Position numbers and translations under genes: made by a program
Notes under the pieces: model-generated
Databases searched by the model: none
Told to the model about the DNA's origin: nothing
The model's input: the letters and a program-made list of their open reading frames with translations, nothing else
In this document: positions 41,580 through 52,127 of the stretch, piece by piece
Layout: each line of letters begins with the position of its first letter
Position numbering within the stretch: position 1 is the stretch's first letter
DNA from: Candidatus Latescibacterota bacterium
GTDB taxonomy: Bacteria > Latescibacterota > UBA2968 > GCA-2709665
Assembly (NCBI GenBank): GCA_965219455.1
Contig: OZ244744.1
Coordinates: 2,144,001-2,208,000, forward strand
Direction: 5' to 3'
Length of the DNA stretch: 64,000 nucleotides

Positions 41580-42335
41580 ATGAACTCGTACACGGAAATT
41601 TCCAGCACGCTGCAGAAATCCCTGCACCTTGCCTTGCCTCCCATTGCCATCTGCATTTCGGACGAAGTGCCTGAAGGCGTGCCGGACTATCATGGTCGGG
41701 CGCCTGCCGGCTGTCTGTTCTGGCAGGAGGTTGGGAACGGACCCTTTGCCACCCGGACTTCCGACCACGAACTGTGCGCCGTCGGCGTCCATACACACCA
41801 TATGGCCAATCCTCCGGACTCGTACGAAGCCGAACTGGGCGACGTTTTGAAGACGATGGCCGACATGGATTACGTGCGTGAACAAGACGTAATGGAGATC
41901 CCGGTGCTGGAGAACGAAACCAGGCACGTAATTTACGCCCCTCTGGACAAAACGCCACTTGAACCGGCCGTGGTCCTGCTCTTTGCGCATTCGCGGCAGA
42001 GCCTGATTATTACCGAAGCCGTCCAGCAGGTCGAACCGGCCGTGCCGCCGGCAATGGGCAGGCCCGCCTGCGCCGTGGTTCCCCAAGCCGTCAGAACCGG
42101 ACGGGCCGCCCTCAGCCTGGGCTGCTGCGGCGCGAGGGCATACCTGGATATCCTCACCGACGACGTCGCCATATGGGCGCTGCCCGGCGACAAGGTGAAT
42201 ACGTACGCAGCACGCATCGATATTCTCGCCAGAGCCAACTCTGTCCTGGGTGAATTTCATTCCCTGCGTCGAAAAGACGTCGAAGCCGGACTTGAACCCA
42301 CCGTTGCGGAATCTCTCTCAAGGCTGGGAAACTGA
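41580..42335 (+). CDS. DUF169-family protein
   Basis: Cys motifs GCLF, LCAVG, PACA, SLGCCGAR; YAPL. Confidence 0.7.
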   Translation: MNSYTEISSTLQKSLHLALPPIAICISDEVPEGVPDYHGRAPAGCLFWQEVGNGPFATRTSDHELCAVGVHTHHMANPPDSYEAELGDVLKTMADMDYVREQDVMEIPVLENETRHVIYAPLDKTPLEPAVVLLFAHSRQSLIITEAVQQVEPAVPPAMGRPACAVVPQAVRTGRAALSLGCCGARAYLDILTDDVAIWALPGDKVNTYAARIDILARANSVLGEFHSLRRKDVEAGLEPTVAESLSRLGN

Positions 42336-42474
42336 CCCCACACCAACGGATTGAAGGTGCGCGGCCCGACCGGACACCGGACGCCCATCTTTCGCTTGAA
42401 ACAGCACCAATCCATGGTATATTGTGAAAAAATCGTTGCACGTAGATTCACTTCCTCATCAGATGGAAACTTCG

Positions 42475-43197
42475 ATGCGTTCCACTTCCAAAGAAGAAAC
42501 CCTGGACCTGCGTGAAAAAGGCAAACCCATCAATGGACAGGTACAGGCCAGCAACCGACGGCTCTATATGCAGTTGCACGTCTTAGGAAACTGCACGCGC
42601 ACGGACGTCCTGGCCGGCGCACTCGGTGAATCCGGCGTCGACGCCGTCCTGTACGTCGACCTGAACGATCCATACGGCGTTGCCATTCTCACCCTGTCCG
42701 AATCTCCGGGCACGTTCGTGGGGGAAATCCGCACATTGCTGAACAGCCATCCCTTCACCGGGCTTCGACCCAATTCCGACCTCACCATGATCGGACGAAC
42801 CTACGCCCACGGGTACGAACCCGACCTTGAAGACACACTGTTGCATAAACCACGCCGTAAGGTCCTCAACCCGGACTGGCCCTGGGCCATCTGGTATCCT
42901 CTGAGACGCAAGCCGGAATTCGGCCTGCTAACGGGAGACGATCTGCGGGGAATTCTGGGCGAACACGCACGAATCGGACGCGCCTATGCCGAGGCCGGAT
43001 TTGCCCAGGACATCCGCCTGGCCTGTTATGGCATGGACCGCAACGACAACGACTTCGTCATCGGCCTGCTGGGGCCCGAGTTGCATCCGCTCTCACACGT
43101 TGTCCAGGAAATGCGAAAGACCCGGCAGACCGCGCAATACGTGCAATCCCTCGGACCGTTTTTCGTTGGCAAAGCCATCTGGCAAACGCCTTTCTGA
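42475..43197 (+). CDS. chlorite dismutase / coproheme decarboxylase-like heme protein
   Basis: WYPLRR, EHARIG (proximal His), YGMD..DFVIGL, GPFFVG. Confidence 0.8.
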   Translation: MRSTSKEETLDLREKGKPINGQVQASNRRLYMQLHVLGNCTRTDVLAGALGESGVDAVLYVDLNDPYGVAILTLSESPGTFVGEIRTLLNSHPFTGLRPNSDLTMIGRTYAHGYEPDLEDTLLHKPRRKVLNPDWPWAIWYPLRRKPEFGLLTGDDLRGILGEHARIGRAYAEAGFAQDIRLACYGMDRNDNDFVIGLLGPELHPLSHVVQEMRKTRQTAQYVQSLGPFFVGKAIWQTPF

Positions 43198-43245
43198 GAC
43201 TGACGAAAAAGGACATTGAGGCCGCTTCACCCACGGCACGTCGAC

Positions 43246-44499
43246 ATGATTCGTAAAATCGAAGTCCTCCGCTACGGCTGCCTGCGTTTCATCAGCCGAC
43301 CGCTGGATCCGTTCCACATACTGGTTGGGCCGAATGCCAGCGGGAAAACCACCCTGCTGGATGCCATCGCGTTCCTCGGCGACCTCGTTTCCGTCGGCCT
43401 GGAGGAGGCCGTCGGAAAACGCACGGCCGACCTGCGAGATCTGGTCTGGCGTCGGACGTTCGACCCGTTCGAACTGGCCATTGATCTGAGCATACCGGCG
43501 CAGAAAACCGACCTTTTCGAAAACCGGCAATACAATCGATGCCGTTACGAAATCGCCATTGGGCCGTCAACCGAAACCGGTGAGACTGCCATTCTCGCGG
43601 AACGTGTTCTGCTTCTCCCCGACGTTCCCCACGAAGACGTCGAGTCCGAACAGCAGACGCTTTTCCCGATCGACCGCCCCATGCCCGACACGCTTGCCCT
43701 GCCCCGCCTCAGAGGCGCCAGAACCATTGTACACAAAGTTCACGGAAGCAACGATAACTTCTACTACGAAACCGGCACCGGATGGGACCACTCTTTCAAA
43801 CTGGGTCCGAGGCGGTCCGCTCTGGCAAATCTGCCCGAAGACGAAACCCGTTATCCCGTTGCCACCTGGCTGAAGGGCGTACTCAACGACGGAATCCAGC
43901 GTCTGGTGCTGAACAGCGCCAGCATGCGCCGTCCCAGCCCGCCCGGCCGTCCCGCCGGGTTCCGGCCCGACGGTACCAATCTGCCCTGGGTCATCTCCGC
44001 ACTGCAGACCAGCGCACCCGACCGATTCACGGCGTGGATCGCGTGCCTGCAGTCCGTCCTTCCCGACCTGAGAACCATTCGCACAATCGAACGTCCCGAG
44101 GATCGGCACTGTTATCTGGTCGTCCAGGATCGGAACGGCCTGGAAGCGCCCTCCTGGACAATTTCAGACGGCACCCTTCGCCTTCTGGCCCTTACGCTCC
44201 CGGCCTACCTGCCGGACTTTGGTGGCGCCTACCTCGTTGAAGAGCCCGAAAACGGGATACATCCGCGGGCTGTCGAAACCGTTTTTCGTGCGCTGTCGTC
44301 GATACAAGACGTCCAGGTTCTCTTAACCACGCACTCGCCCGTCATTGTGGGCCTGGCTGAAGGCAGTCAGGTCATCTGTTTCTCCAAGACCGAAACCGGC
44401 GCCACCGACCTGGTCCTCAGCACCGAAAATCCCGCGCTCCGCGAATGGCAGGGCGAAACCGATCTGGGTTCCCTGTTTGCCGACGGTGTGCTGGGATAG
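43246..44499 (+). CDS. ABC/AAA_21-type ATPase resembling the MADS MAD3 family
   Basis: GPNASGKT, ISDGTLR, VEEPENGIHP, TTHSP. Confidence 0.8.
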   Translation: MIRKIEVLRYGCLRFISRPLDPFHILVGPNASGKTTLLDAIAFLGDLVSVGLEEAVGKRTADLRDLVWRRTFDPFELAIDLSIPAQKTDLFENRQYNRCRYEIAIGPSTETGETAILAERVLLLPDVPHEDVESEQQTLFPIDRPMPDTLALPRLRGARTIVHKVHGSNDNFYYETGTGWDHSFKLGPRRSALANLPEDETRYPVATWLKGVLNDGIQRLVLNSASMRRPSPPGRPAGFRPDGTNLPWVISALQTSAPDRFTAWIACLQSVLPDLRTIRTIERPEDRHCYLVVQDRNGLEAPSWTISDGTLRLLALTLPAYLPDFGGAYLVEEPENGIHPRAVETVFRALSSIQDVQVLLTTHSPVIVGLAEGSQVICFSKTETGATDLVLSTENPALREWQGETDLGSLFADGVLG

Positions 44500-44550
44500 C
44501 ACCCTGAGCGCCGGATGCGCTACGCGAGATATCCTGGAAACCTGAAAAAA

Positions 44551-44656
44551 AGAACCGGCCGGCGAAAGCGCCGACGCACCATGGAAGACCGCGGGAGGAA
44601 CCGACGACGACCCGACCGCCCGGGCAGTTAACCTTCATCGCCCGGGCTATTGTATT
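44551..44656 (+). promoter_or_regulatory. ZMP/ZTP (pfl) riboswitch-like element with overlapping terminator (variant or degenerate)
   Basis: CCGGCGAA..TGGAAGACCGCGGGAG..CCGACCGCCCGGGCA, then a second GCCCGGGC and TATTGTATT; directly upstream of AICAR transformylase. Confidence 0.6.
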
Positions 44657-44703
44657 CCAGTCACGTCAGTATCGAATTTCGAAGACACTCGAGGCCATGC
44701 GCC

Positions 44704-45873
44704 ATGGTTGAACTCGCCCTGAAATACGGATGCAACCCACACCAGAAACACGCAAGAATATACAACAAATATGGCTCGCTGCCCTTCACCGTATTGAACG
44801 GCTCGCCCGGCTATATCAACCTGCTCGATGCGCTCAATTCCTGGCAGCTTGTAAGGGAATTGAGGCAGACGCTCGGCGCACCTGCGGCCGCTTCCTTCAA
44901 ACACATCAGCCCCGCCGGCGCCGCAGTGGCCGTTCCTCTGAACGACGACCTGAAGAAAGCCTATTTTGTTGAAGACCTGGATCTCTCGCCCTTAGCCGTG
45001 GCATACGCCCGCGCCCGGGGCGCCGACCGGCTATCTTCATATGGCGATTGGGCTGCCCTTAGCGACACGGTGGACGACCCCACCGCCAGACTCCTGCGCC
45101 GCGAGGTCTCCGATGGCGTGATTGCGCCCGGGTATGAACCGGAAGCCCTGGATATATTGAAGCAGAAAAAAGGAGGCGCCTACCCGGTCCTTCAAATCAA
45201 TCCGGATTACAAACCCCGGGAAATGGAGCGCCGGGAGGTGTTCGGACTCACTTTTGAGCAGCAATGCAACACCCGGGTCGCCGGTCCTGAGATATTGAAA
45301 AACGTCGTTACTCGCAGACAGGAAATCCCCCCGGACAAAGCCCGCGATATGCTTGTGGCCACAATCACGCTCAAGTTCACCCAGTCCAACTCCATCTGCT
45401 TCGCATTGCAGGGCCAGGCCATTGGCGTGGGTGCGGGCCAGCAAAACCGCATTGCATGCACCGATCTCGCTGCAAACAAGGCCGAAGCGTGGTTTCTTCG
45501 CCAGCACCCGGCGGTTCTCAATCTGAGATTCAGAAAGGGAGCCAGGCGGCCGGAAAAAATAAACGCGATCGATCTCTATCTCAAGGGAGACATGACACCC
45601 GAGGAACAAAGCGCGTGGCGGTCCTCGTTCCGCGAAGCGCCCCAGCCCATCGGCGATACCGCCAAGCGGGAATGGTTGCAGCGTCTCGAGGGCGTCGTGC
45701 TCGGCTCCGACGCGTATATTCCCTTCCGCGACAATATCGACCGCGCCGCTCGAACGGGTGTGGAATACGTCGTCCAGACCGGCGGCTCCGTACAGGATGA
45801 TGCCGTGGCCGCCGCCGCCGATGAATACGGCATGGTTATGGTCAATACCGGCATCAGGCTCTTTCATCATTAG
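44704..45873 (+). CDS. purH: AICAR transformylase (PurH C-terminal domain only, no IMP cyclohydrolase domain)
   Basis: LKYGCNPHQ, GYINLLDALN, SFKHISPAGAA, TQSNS, GAGQQNR, SDAYIPFRDN, RLFHH. Confidence 0.9.
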   Translation: MVELALKYGCNPHQKHARIYNKYGSLPFTVLNGSPGYINLLDALNSWQLVRELRQTLGAPAAASFKHISPAGAAVAVPLNDDLKKAYFVEDLDLSPLAVAYARARGADRLSSYGDWAALSDTVDDPTARLLRREVSDGVIAPGYEPEALDILKQKKGGAYPVLQINPDYKPREMERREVFGLTFEQQCNTRVAGPEILKNVVTRRQEIPPDKARDMLVATITLKFTQSNSICFALQGQAIGVGAGQQNRIACTDLAANKAEAWFLRQHPAVLNLRFRKGARRPEKINAIDLYLKGDMTPEEQSAWRSSFREAPQPIGDTAKREWLQRLEGVVLGSDAYIPFRDNIDRAARTGVEYVVQTGGSVQDDAVAAAADEYGMVMVNTGIRLFHH

Positions 45874-45898
45874 TGTTCTGTCCCGGAAATAGTTTGCC
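45871..45898 (+). repeat. solo left end of MITE family 1 overlapping the stop codon
   Basis: TAGTGTTCTGTCCCGGAAATAG.TTGCC. Confidence 0.75.
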
Positions 45899-46256
45899 AA
45901 TCACCCTTCTAGCCGGGAAGACGGTTTATTCTTCCCGTCGACGGTCCGGATGTACGCAAGGGGAAGCCGAGGTCGTCGCATATTTCCAATGGCTCAAAAA
46001 AACGTCGAATTTTCCATTGACGACCGCGTGACCGGGTCTTATATTTATCGCTGAACGCAGTTCGATTTTCAGGAAAATGCGACTGCTGGTCTGTTCTTTT
46101 GGCATCGAAAACCATCGGCACCCGAACGGTCGCTCAGTTTCAGATCCTGCATGAGCCTCCAGACGCCGGTAATGCAGGATGAGCATCAACACGCTTCCTG
46201 ATGGATAAATGGGTGTACCTGAGGCATACGCCATCGCATATGGAGGTGCTCCGGAC

Positions 46257-47084
46257 ATGCAATCCAAGTATTTGGACGGCGACACCAACATCTATCTGCG
46301 CGATATCCGAAAATTCTCGCCGCTGAGCAAAGAAGTTGAGCCTGGTGTGATCGCAGACGCTCAGAAGGGTAGCCGTAAAGCCCTCGACTGTCTCATCACT
46401 GCCAACTTGCGATTTGTGGTCCGTATTGCGCGGGAATACAGCGGACGGGGTTTGCCGCTGGCGGACCTGATTGCCGAAGGCAACCTGGGTCTGATCCGAG
46501 CCACACGGACATTCGATCTTGCTCGTGGGCACAAATTTATCACTTACGCTGTCTGGTGGATCCGCCAGGCCATACTGTCAGCGCTCAATCGGTATACCCA
46601 CCCGGTTGTTTTTCCGGTGAATCAAATCGACGACCTTGACGTAATCAACAGGGCAAAGAACGCCCTTTCGCAATCGTTGGGCCGAATTCCCGATCTGGGC
46701 GAACTGGTTGAGAAAACCGGCATGCCGCTTAGAAGGCTGCGCCGCGCCCTCGAAGCCAGACGGACGACCGTATCGCTCGACAACTCCACGCACGACGGAT
46801 CCTCGGGAGTATACGCGGATACGCTCCCGTCCCAGGAGTCACGCCCGGACGAACAGTTCGAGGATGCCCGGATCAAGAAACTCCTGAAGGAATGCCTGAA
46901 CCGGTTACCCCGACGTGAAGCGCGGATCCTGAGTCTTTATTTCGGCCTGGACTCGGATAAGCCCGAGCCCCTCGAACGGATCGGCAAACGCCTGCAGATC
47001 AGCAGGGAGCGGGTCCGGCAACTCAAAGACAGAGCACTCAACAGACTCCGCCTCAGTTTTGTACAGGGGAATTTAATTTCGTAG
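46257..47084 (+). CDS. sigma-70 family RNA polymerase sigma factor (RpoD/RpoS-like, no region 1.1)
   Basis: [38 protein letters not shown]; GGAGG RBS. Confidence 0.9.
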   Translation: MQSKYLDGDTNIYLRDIRKFSPLSKEVEPGVIADAQKGSRKALDCLITANLRFVVRIAREYSGRGLPLADLIAEGNLGLIRATRTFDLARGHKFITYAVWWIRQAILSALNRYTHPVVFPVNQIDDLDVINRAKNALSQSLGRIPDLGELVEKTGMPLRRLRRALEARRTTVSLDNSTHDGSSGVYADTLPSQESRPDEQFEDARIKKLLKECLNRLPRREARILSLYFGLDSDKPEPLERIGKRLQISRERVRQLKDRALNRLRLSFVQGNLIS

Positions 47085-47107
47085 ACGGCAGAAAAGCACA
47101 CCCATAA

Positions 47108-47142
47108 ACAAAGCGGGCGGCCTGAGTGGCCGCCCGCTTTGT
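47108..47142. terminator. bidirectional terminator
   Basis: ACAAAGCGGGCGGCC-TGAGT-GGCCGCCCGCTTTGT between convergent genes. Confidence 0.85.
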
Positions 47143-47161
47143 CTGTACTGATGTTACCCGC

Positions 47162-48358
47162 TCACTGACCGGAAAAACCCGGGGGGTTCTTGATCATTTG
47201 CTGCTTCAACAACTGCATTTCCCGTTGGAGACGTAGGAACTCCCGATACAGGGCCTGGTTGCCCTGCTGCATTGAAAGCTGCGAAGAGGCCGACAATTCG
47301 TCATAACTGACCGGTGGAAATCCACCGGATTCCGGTGAGAGTTCACCCACCTCAACGCGGGGAGTGTCCGGTTGTTCACCTCGTTTGACTTTCATCCGGA
47401 CTTCGGTTCCCGGAGTTGTGGAAAGGACCAGGCTCTGAAGATGCTCGGCGCTTTCCACCTGCTGCTCCTGGAACGAGATAATCAGGTCCCCCCGCACGAT
47501 ACCACTTCTCTCCGCAGGGCCGTTGCGCGCAATGCTATCGACACGCACACCGTGGTATTCGGGGTCGTACTCTCCAGTAACGCCCAGCCATCCGTATACC
47601 GTCTGTGAATCATTCAGAAGGCGTTGGGCAATGCGAACTGCACGGTTGATAGGCACCACAAATACCGTGGTCGGAATCTCCTGTGCCATTCGGGCGCCCG
47701 GAGCCCCTTCCGGCAGAATTCCGGACCAAGGATCGGGCAACGCCCAAACCAGGCCCAGAATCTCCCCGGAACTGCAAAATACCGGTGCGCCGCCAAAACT
47801 GAGGTGCACCCGCGCCGCAACATGAATCAGATCCTGAGCGTGGTCAACATTGTAAACGAAACCAAACGAAGGCGTCAGGTCACCAAAATTGTTGCCAAGA
47901 ATAAATGCATAATGGCCGATGCGGACCCGGTCGGAATTCCCAATTGCAATCGGCTGCAGACCCTCGGCTTCAACGCGGATAACCGCCACTCCCGAAACCG
48001 GATCTGATGCCACCAAACGGGCCTGGAGACGACGCCCCGTACCCAGGGTTACCCAGATTTCCTCGGCATCTTTTACCGCGCGATGGACGGTTACGATGGT
48101 ACCCTTGGAATCCAGAACAAACCCGGTGCCATGCATAAATCCCTTGCCGTACTGCAGCCCTTCCACCGCCCCCGCCTGGGTATAGCTGGCATGGATGCGT
48201 ACGACCCCGGTCCGGTTCTTTTCCAGAATCTCGGCTCTCTCTTCTTCCATTCCCTTGAGCACGCTGCCAGCATCGCAATCTGCCGCACCGGGCCCGGAGA
48301 ACAGTATCCCCATTATTGTGGGAACCATCCATAGGGATCTGCACCGTCGTGTTTTCAT
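47162..48358 (-). CDS. HtrA/DegS-like trypsin + PDZ protein lacking the catalytic triad
   Basis: GTGFVLD, IGNSDRVRIG, PDZ GWLGV..GPAERSGIVRGD; triad positions read TVHRAV, SGVAV and SFGGAP. Confidence 0.85.
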   Translation of the reverse strand: MKTRRCRSLWMVPTIMGILFSGPGAADCDAGSVLKGMEEERAEILEKNRTGVVRIHASYTQAGAVEGLQYGKGFMHGTGFVLDSKGTIVTVHRAVKDAEEIWVTLGTGRRLQARLVASDPVSGVAVIRVEAEGLQPIAIGNSDRVRIGHYAFILGNNFGDLTPSFGFVYNVDHAQDLIHVAARVHLSFGGAPVFCSSGEILGLVWALPDPWSGILPEGAPGARMAQEIPTTVFVVPINRAVRIAQRLLNDSQTVYGWLGVTGEYDPEYHGVRVDSIARNGPAERSGIVRGDLIISFQEQQVESAEHLQSLVLSTTPGTEVRMKVKRGEQPDTPRVEVGELSPESGGFPPVSYDELSASSQLSMQQGNQALYREFLRLQREMQLLKQQMIKNPPGFSGQ

Positions 48359-48390
48359 TGTCCGTACGACTTTCTCTCCCTGAAGATTCA

Positions 48391-48993
48391 CTAAAAGGAC
48401 ACCCGACGCACGTTGGCCAGGTGCCGACCCGGCCGCATACGCACCATTGACGCGGCCTTTACGGAATCCGCCGGCGCGGTCCGAGAAACCTGTTCCGAAA
48501 TCGGATAGGACGTTTTCTGGGACAGCCTCTTCAGCGCCCCCTTGCGGTCCGCGGCGGGAAACGGCGAAAATGCGGGCGCAACCACCGTCAACTGATGCAC
48601 ACGATCCGTGGTGACCGCGCGTGTTGCCGGCGCCTCGTCGAGTGCCGTAGTCATGCCGAGCGCCATCAGCACGACCGCCACGCCAGATGCAAACGCCCTT
48701 GGAAGGGTTGGAAAAAATACGTCTGGCAGCCTGTTCCAGAACGAAGTCTTTTGAGCCGCCTCCATCATCAGTCGGCTCCGAAGCGCAAAATCAAACCCGG
48801 CGGAAGGCGGTACCCGCGACATCCTGGCCAGCCGCTGGGTCAGGTTCCTGACGCCTTCAAGGGAATTGGCGCATGTGGGGCATTCTTCCACATGGCGATC
48901 CATATGCGCCCGCTTTGCGCCTGCTACCTCGTTTTCAAGATAGGCCGATAATCGGGCCGCAAACTCACCGCAAGTTATGTGACCCTCACCCAT
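48391..48993 (-). CDS. zf-HC2 membrane anti-sigma factor
   Basis: C..LSAYLE..HVEECPTC plus one TM helix. Confidence 0.85.
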   Translation of the reverse strand: MGEGHITCGEFAARLSAYLENEVAGAKRAHMDRHVEECPTCANSLEGVRNLTQRLARMSRVPPSAGFDFALRSRLMMEAAQKTSFWNRLPDVFFPTLPRAFASGVAVVLMALGMTTALDEAPATRAVTTDRVHQLTVVAPAFSPFPAADRKGALKRLSQKTSYPISEQVSRTAPADSVKAASMVRMRPGRHLANVRRVSF

Positions 48994-49060
48994 GTAATTC
49001 CTCCGATGGTTCTATTTCAATTGCCAATGTCCGTGTGGTTCGGAAAACGGCGTCATACTG

Positions 49061-49666
49061 TCAGATCACCAACCCCACGTCCCTTCCCTCATTCTTCAGC
49101 TTTTGCTGCAACTTCAGACGAGCCCTGTTCACGCGAGACTTGACAGTACCTACCGGACACCTGCTGATTTCTGCAATCTCCTGGTAGGACAGCCCTTCCA
49201 CGTCTCGAAGCAGGATGACCTGCCGGTAGTTTTCCGACAACGACATGATGGCCTGATGAATCTGCACATCGGCGATCGAAGATTCGGTAATTCGATCCGG
49301 CCGGTAGGACTCGTCCGGCAATTCCATCCCCGTCTCACTCTCCTCATCCCGGTGAAGCGGAAACAGCCGCCAACGTTTTCGACGTCTTAACTCGCTTTTA
49401 GCCAGGTTGCCGGCAATGGTAAACAACCACGTGGAGAAATTCGCTATTGCCCGATATTCGTTTCGCTTTCGATAAGCCCTGAGAAAGGCCTCCTGAACAA
49501 TATCCTCGGCTGTCTCCCGGTCGCCGACAAACCGAAAAACAAAGTTATAAAGCCTTCCTCTATAACGATTTACAATCTTTCCATAGGCTTCAATATCGCC
49601 ATTCGCAACATCTGTCAGAATATCAACATCCGACACCGCTCCGTTATCCGTGTTAACCATGAGCAT
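49061..49666 (-). CDS. ECF sigma factor (RpoE/SigW-like)
   Basis: AEDIVQEAF, FSTWLFTIA, GLSYQEIA..GTVKSRVNRAR. Confidence 0.95.
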   Translation of the reverse strand: MLMVNTDNGAVSDVDILTDVANGDIEAYGKIVNRYRGRLYNFVFRFVGDRETAEDIVQEAFLRAYRKRNEYRAIANFSTWLFTIAGNLAKSELRRRKRWRLFPLHRDEESETGMELPDESYRPDRITESSIADVQIHQAIMSLSENYRQVILLRDVEGLSYQEIAEISRCPVGTVKSRVNRARLKLQQKLKNEGRDVGLVI

Positions 49667-49924
49667 GGTCTTTCCCCCCTTTCACCTGCTACATCCACCG
49701 GGAATGGGGTATACAGAACCCTCAATCCAGACGATCACCGAACAGCTATTAAACCCTCTGGATTGAGAAAAGTTCCCGAAAAGCAAAAAATCTGTACTGG
49801 TACCCTAAAGCGCAACTCGCCTCTGCAAAGCATTCTCAAGACCGGATTGAGAGAACAACCAAACATAAGGAATTCCAGGAAAGAAAACAGCTGAATATCC
49901 ACGCATTCGATCCGGTTTCTCCGC

Positions 49925-49952
49925 TTGACATCCGCCTGCGATGTGGTATAAT
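49925..49952 (+). promoter_or_regulatory. consensus sigma70 promoter of acs
   Basis: TTGACA-16 bp-TATAAT with extended -10 TG. Confidence 0.75.
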
Positions 49953-50044
49953 TACAGCCGTTCCATCCGGGAATTTCAAGACCCGCTTTTACCGACATCG
50001 AATCTGCCATTTCATCCGTTTTAAACCGAAAGAAAGGGTTTTCA

Positions 50045-52045
50045 ATGGCGGCAAATCCAGACCGGATTCTAGAGAAGGGCGGACGATATTTCCCACCTCA
50101 ATATCTCAGTGGGCAGGCGCATATCGGTAGTTTCGAAGAATACCAGCAGCGATACCAGGATTCCATAAAGGACGTCGAGGCATTCTGGGCTGACGTGGCC
50201 GGAGACTTCCATTGGTTCAGAAAGTGGGATAACGTACGCGCATACAACTACAACGTCGACGAAGGACCCGTCTCCATCAGATGGTTTGAAGGTGCGAAGA
50301 CCAGCATTGCCTACAATTGCCTCGACCGTCACCTGGAAACACGCGGGGATCAGGTTGCGATCATCTGGGAAGGCAACGAACCGGGTGAAGATGGCCGGCT
50401 GACCTACCGGGAACTCCACCAGCAGGTCTGCAAATTCGCCAACGTGCTGAAGTCTCGGGGTGTAAAAAAAGGAGACCGCGTTTCCATATATATGCCAATG
50501 ATTCCCGAACTGGCCATTGCGATGCTCGCTTGCGCCAGGATCGGCGCAGTACACTCCATCGTTTTCGGCGGATTTTCCGCGGATGCGCTTGCCGACCGCA
50601 TTGTCGATTCCACCTGCCAGGTCGTCGTTACGACCGACGGCATGTTTCGTGGCGACAGACCGATGGAGCGCAAGGCGTTTGCCGATCACGCCATCGCCAA
50701 TGCCGATAGCCGGATGGGCGGCAAATCCGTAGATACCTGCATTGTCGTCCGCCGCGTGGGCGAACACGAGGGTATTTCCTGCCCCATGCGGGAGGGCAGG
50801 GACATCTGGTGGCACGAAGCCATGGAAACCGCCAGCCAGGATTGTCCCTGTGAAGAGATGGACGCGGAAGACCCGCTATACATCCTGTATACGTCGGGGT
50901 CCACCGGCAAACCCAAGGGCGTGCAGCACACTGTGGGCGGATATATGGTATACACCGCCTACACCCACAAAAATATCTTCGACTATCACGATGGCGACGT
51001 TTATTTCTGCGCCGCCGACATCGGCTGGGTTACCGGACACTCTTACATCATCTATGGTCCATTGGCGAACGGCGCCACGTCGGTCATGTTCGAAAGCACG
51101 CCCCTATATCCCGATCCGGGGCGTTACTGGCAGGTGATCGATAAATACGAAGTTGATCAGTTCTATACGGCGCCCACGGCAATCCGGGCAGTTGCCAAAG
51201 AGGGCAAAGCGTGGCCGGCCAAATACGACCTCTCCTCCCTGAAGCTTCTGGGGACCGTTGGCGAGCCCATCAACCCGGAAGCCTGGCTCTGGTACCACCA
51301 CAACGTGGGTCGAGGCCGGTGTCCGATCGTCGACACCTGGTGGCAAACCGAAACCGGGGGCATCCTCATCACCCCGCTTCCGGGCGCAACCGCCACGAAG
51401 CCCGGCTCCGCAACCCTTCCCTTCTTCGGCATCAAACCGGTTGTACTCGACCCCGAGTCGGGCAAAGAACTGGAGGGTAACGACGTCCGCGGCGTCCTTG
51501 CTATTGCGGAACCCTGGCCGGGGCAGATGCGCACCGTGTACGGCGACCACAAACGATTCGAGGAAACTTACTTTCAGCAATACAAAGGCTATTATTTCAC
51601 CGGCGACGGGTGCCGCAGGGACGAAGACGGTTATTACTGGATCACCGGTCGCGTGGATGACGTTATTAACATATCCGGGCACCGCATGGGCACGGCCGAG
51701 GTCGAATCCGCACTGGTCTCTCACGAGGGCGTGGCGGAAGCGGCTGTGGTGGGTTTCCCCCACGAAATCAAGGGTCAGGGAATCTACGCCTACGTAACCC
51801 TGAACGTCGGCGTGGAATACATCGATGCATTGAAAGACGAACTGAAGGCATGGGTTCGAAAAGAGATCGGGCCCATCGCCACACCTGACGTGATCCATTG
51901 GGCGCCGGGATTGCCCAAGACCAGATCCGGCAAAATAATGCGCCGTATTCTGCGCAAAATTGCCGCCGCCGACACCGGCGATCTCGGCGACACTTCCACG
52001 CTTGCAGAACCGGCGGTTGTGGATCAACTCCTGGAGAATCGATAG
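50045..52045 (+). CDS. acs: acetyl-CoA synthetase
   Basis: [37 protein letters not shown]. Confidence 0.97.
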   Translation: MAANPDRILEKGGRYFPPQYLSGQAHIGSFEEYQQRYQDSIKDVEAFWADVAGDFHWFRKWDNVRAYNYNVDEGPVSIRWFEGAKTSIAYNCLDRHLETRGDQVAIIWEGNEPGEDGRLTYRELHQQVCKFANVLKSRGVKKGDRVSIYMPMIPELAIAMLACARIGAVHSIVFGGFSADALADRIVDSTCQVVVTTDGMFRGDRPMERKAFADHAIANADSRMGGKSVDTCIVVRRVGEHEGISCPMREGRDIWWHEAMETASQDCPCEEMDAEDPLYILYTSGSTGKPKGVQHTVGGYMVYTAYTHKNIFDYHDGDVYFCAADIGWVTGHSYIIYGPLANGATSVMFESTPLYPDPGRYWQVIDKYEVDQFYTAPTAIRAVAKEGKAWPAKYDLSSLKLLGTVGEPINPEAWLWYHHNVGRGRCPIVDTWWQTETGGILITPLPGATATKPGSATLPFFGIKPVVLDPESGKELEGNDVRGVLAIAEPWPGQMRTVYGDHKRFEETYFQQYKGYYFTGDGCRRDEDGYYWITGRVDDVINISGHRMGTAEVESALVSHEGVAEAAVVGFPHEIKGQGIYAYVTLNVGVEYIDALKDELKAWVRKEIGPIATPDVIHWAPGLPKTRSGKIMRRILRKIAAADTGDLGDTSTLAEPAVVDQLLENR

Positions 52046-52067
52046 GAAACCGATTGGTTTGCACTCA

Positions 52068-52103
52068 GTCAAGAGGGAGCCGGATGGCTCCCTCTTGACG
52101 TTT
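52068..52103 (+). terminator. hairpin terminator after acs
   Basis: GTCAAGAGGGAGCC-GGAT-GGCTCCCTCTTGAC then GTTT. Confidence 0.75.
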
Positions 52104-52127
52104 ATATGAGAAGGGTACCGCCCCGGG

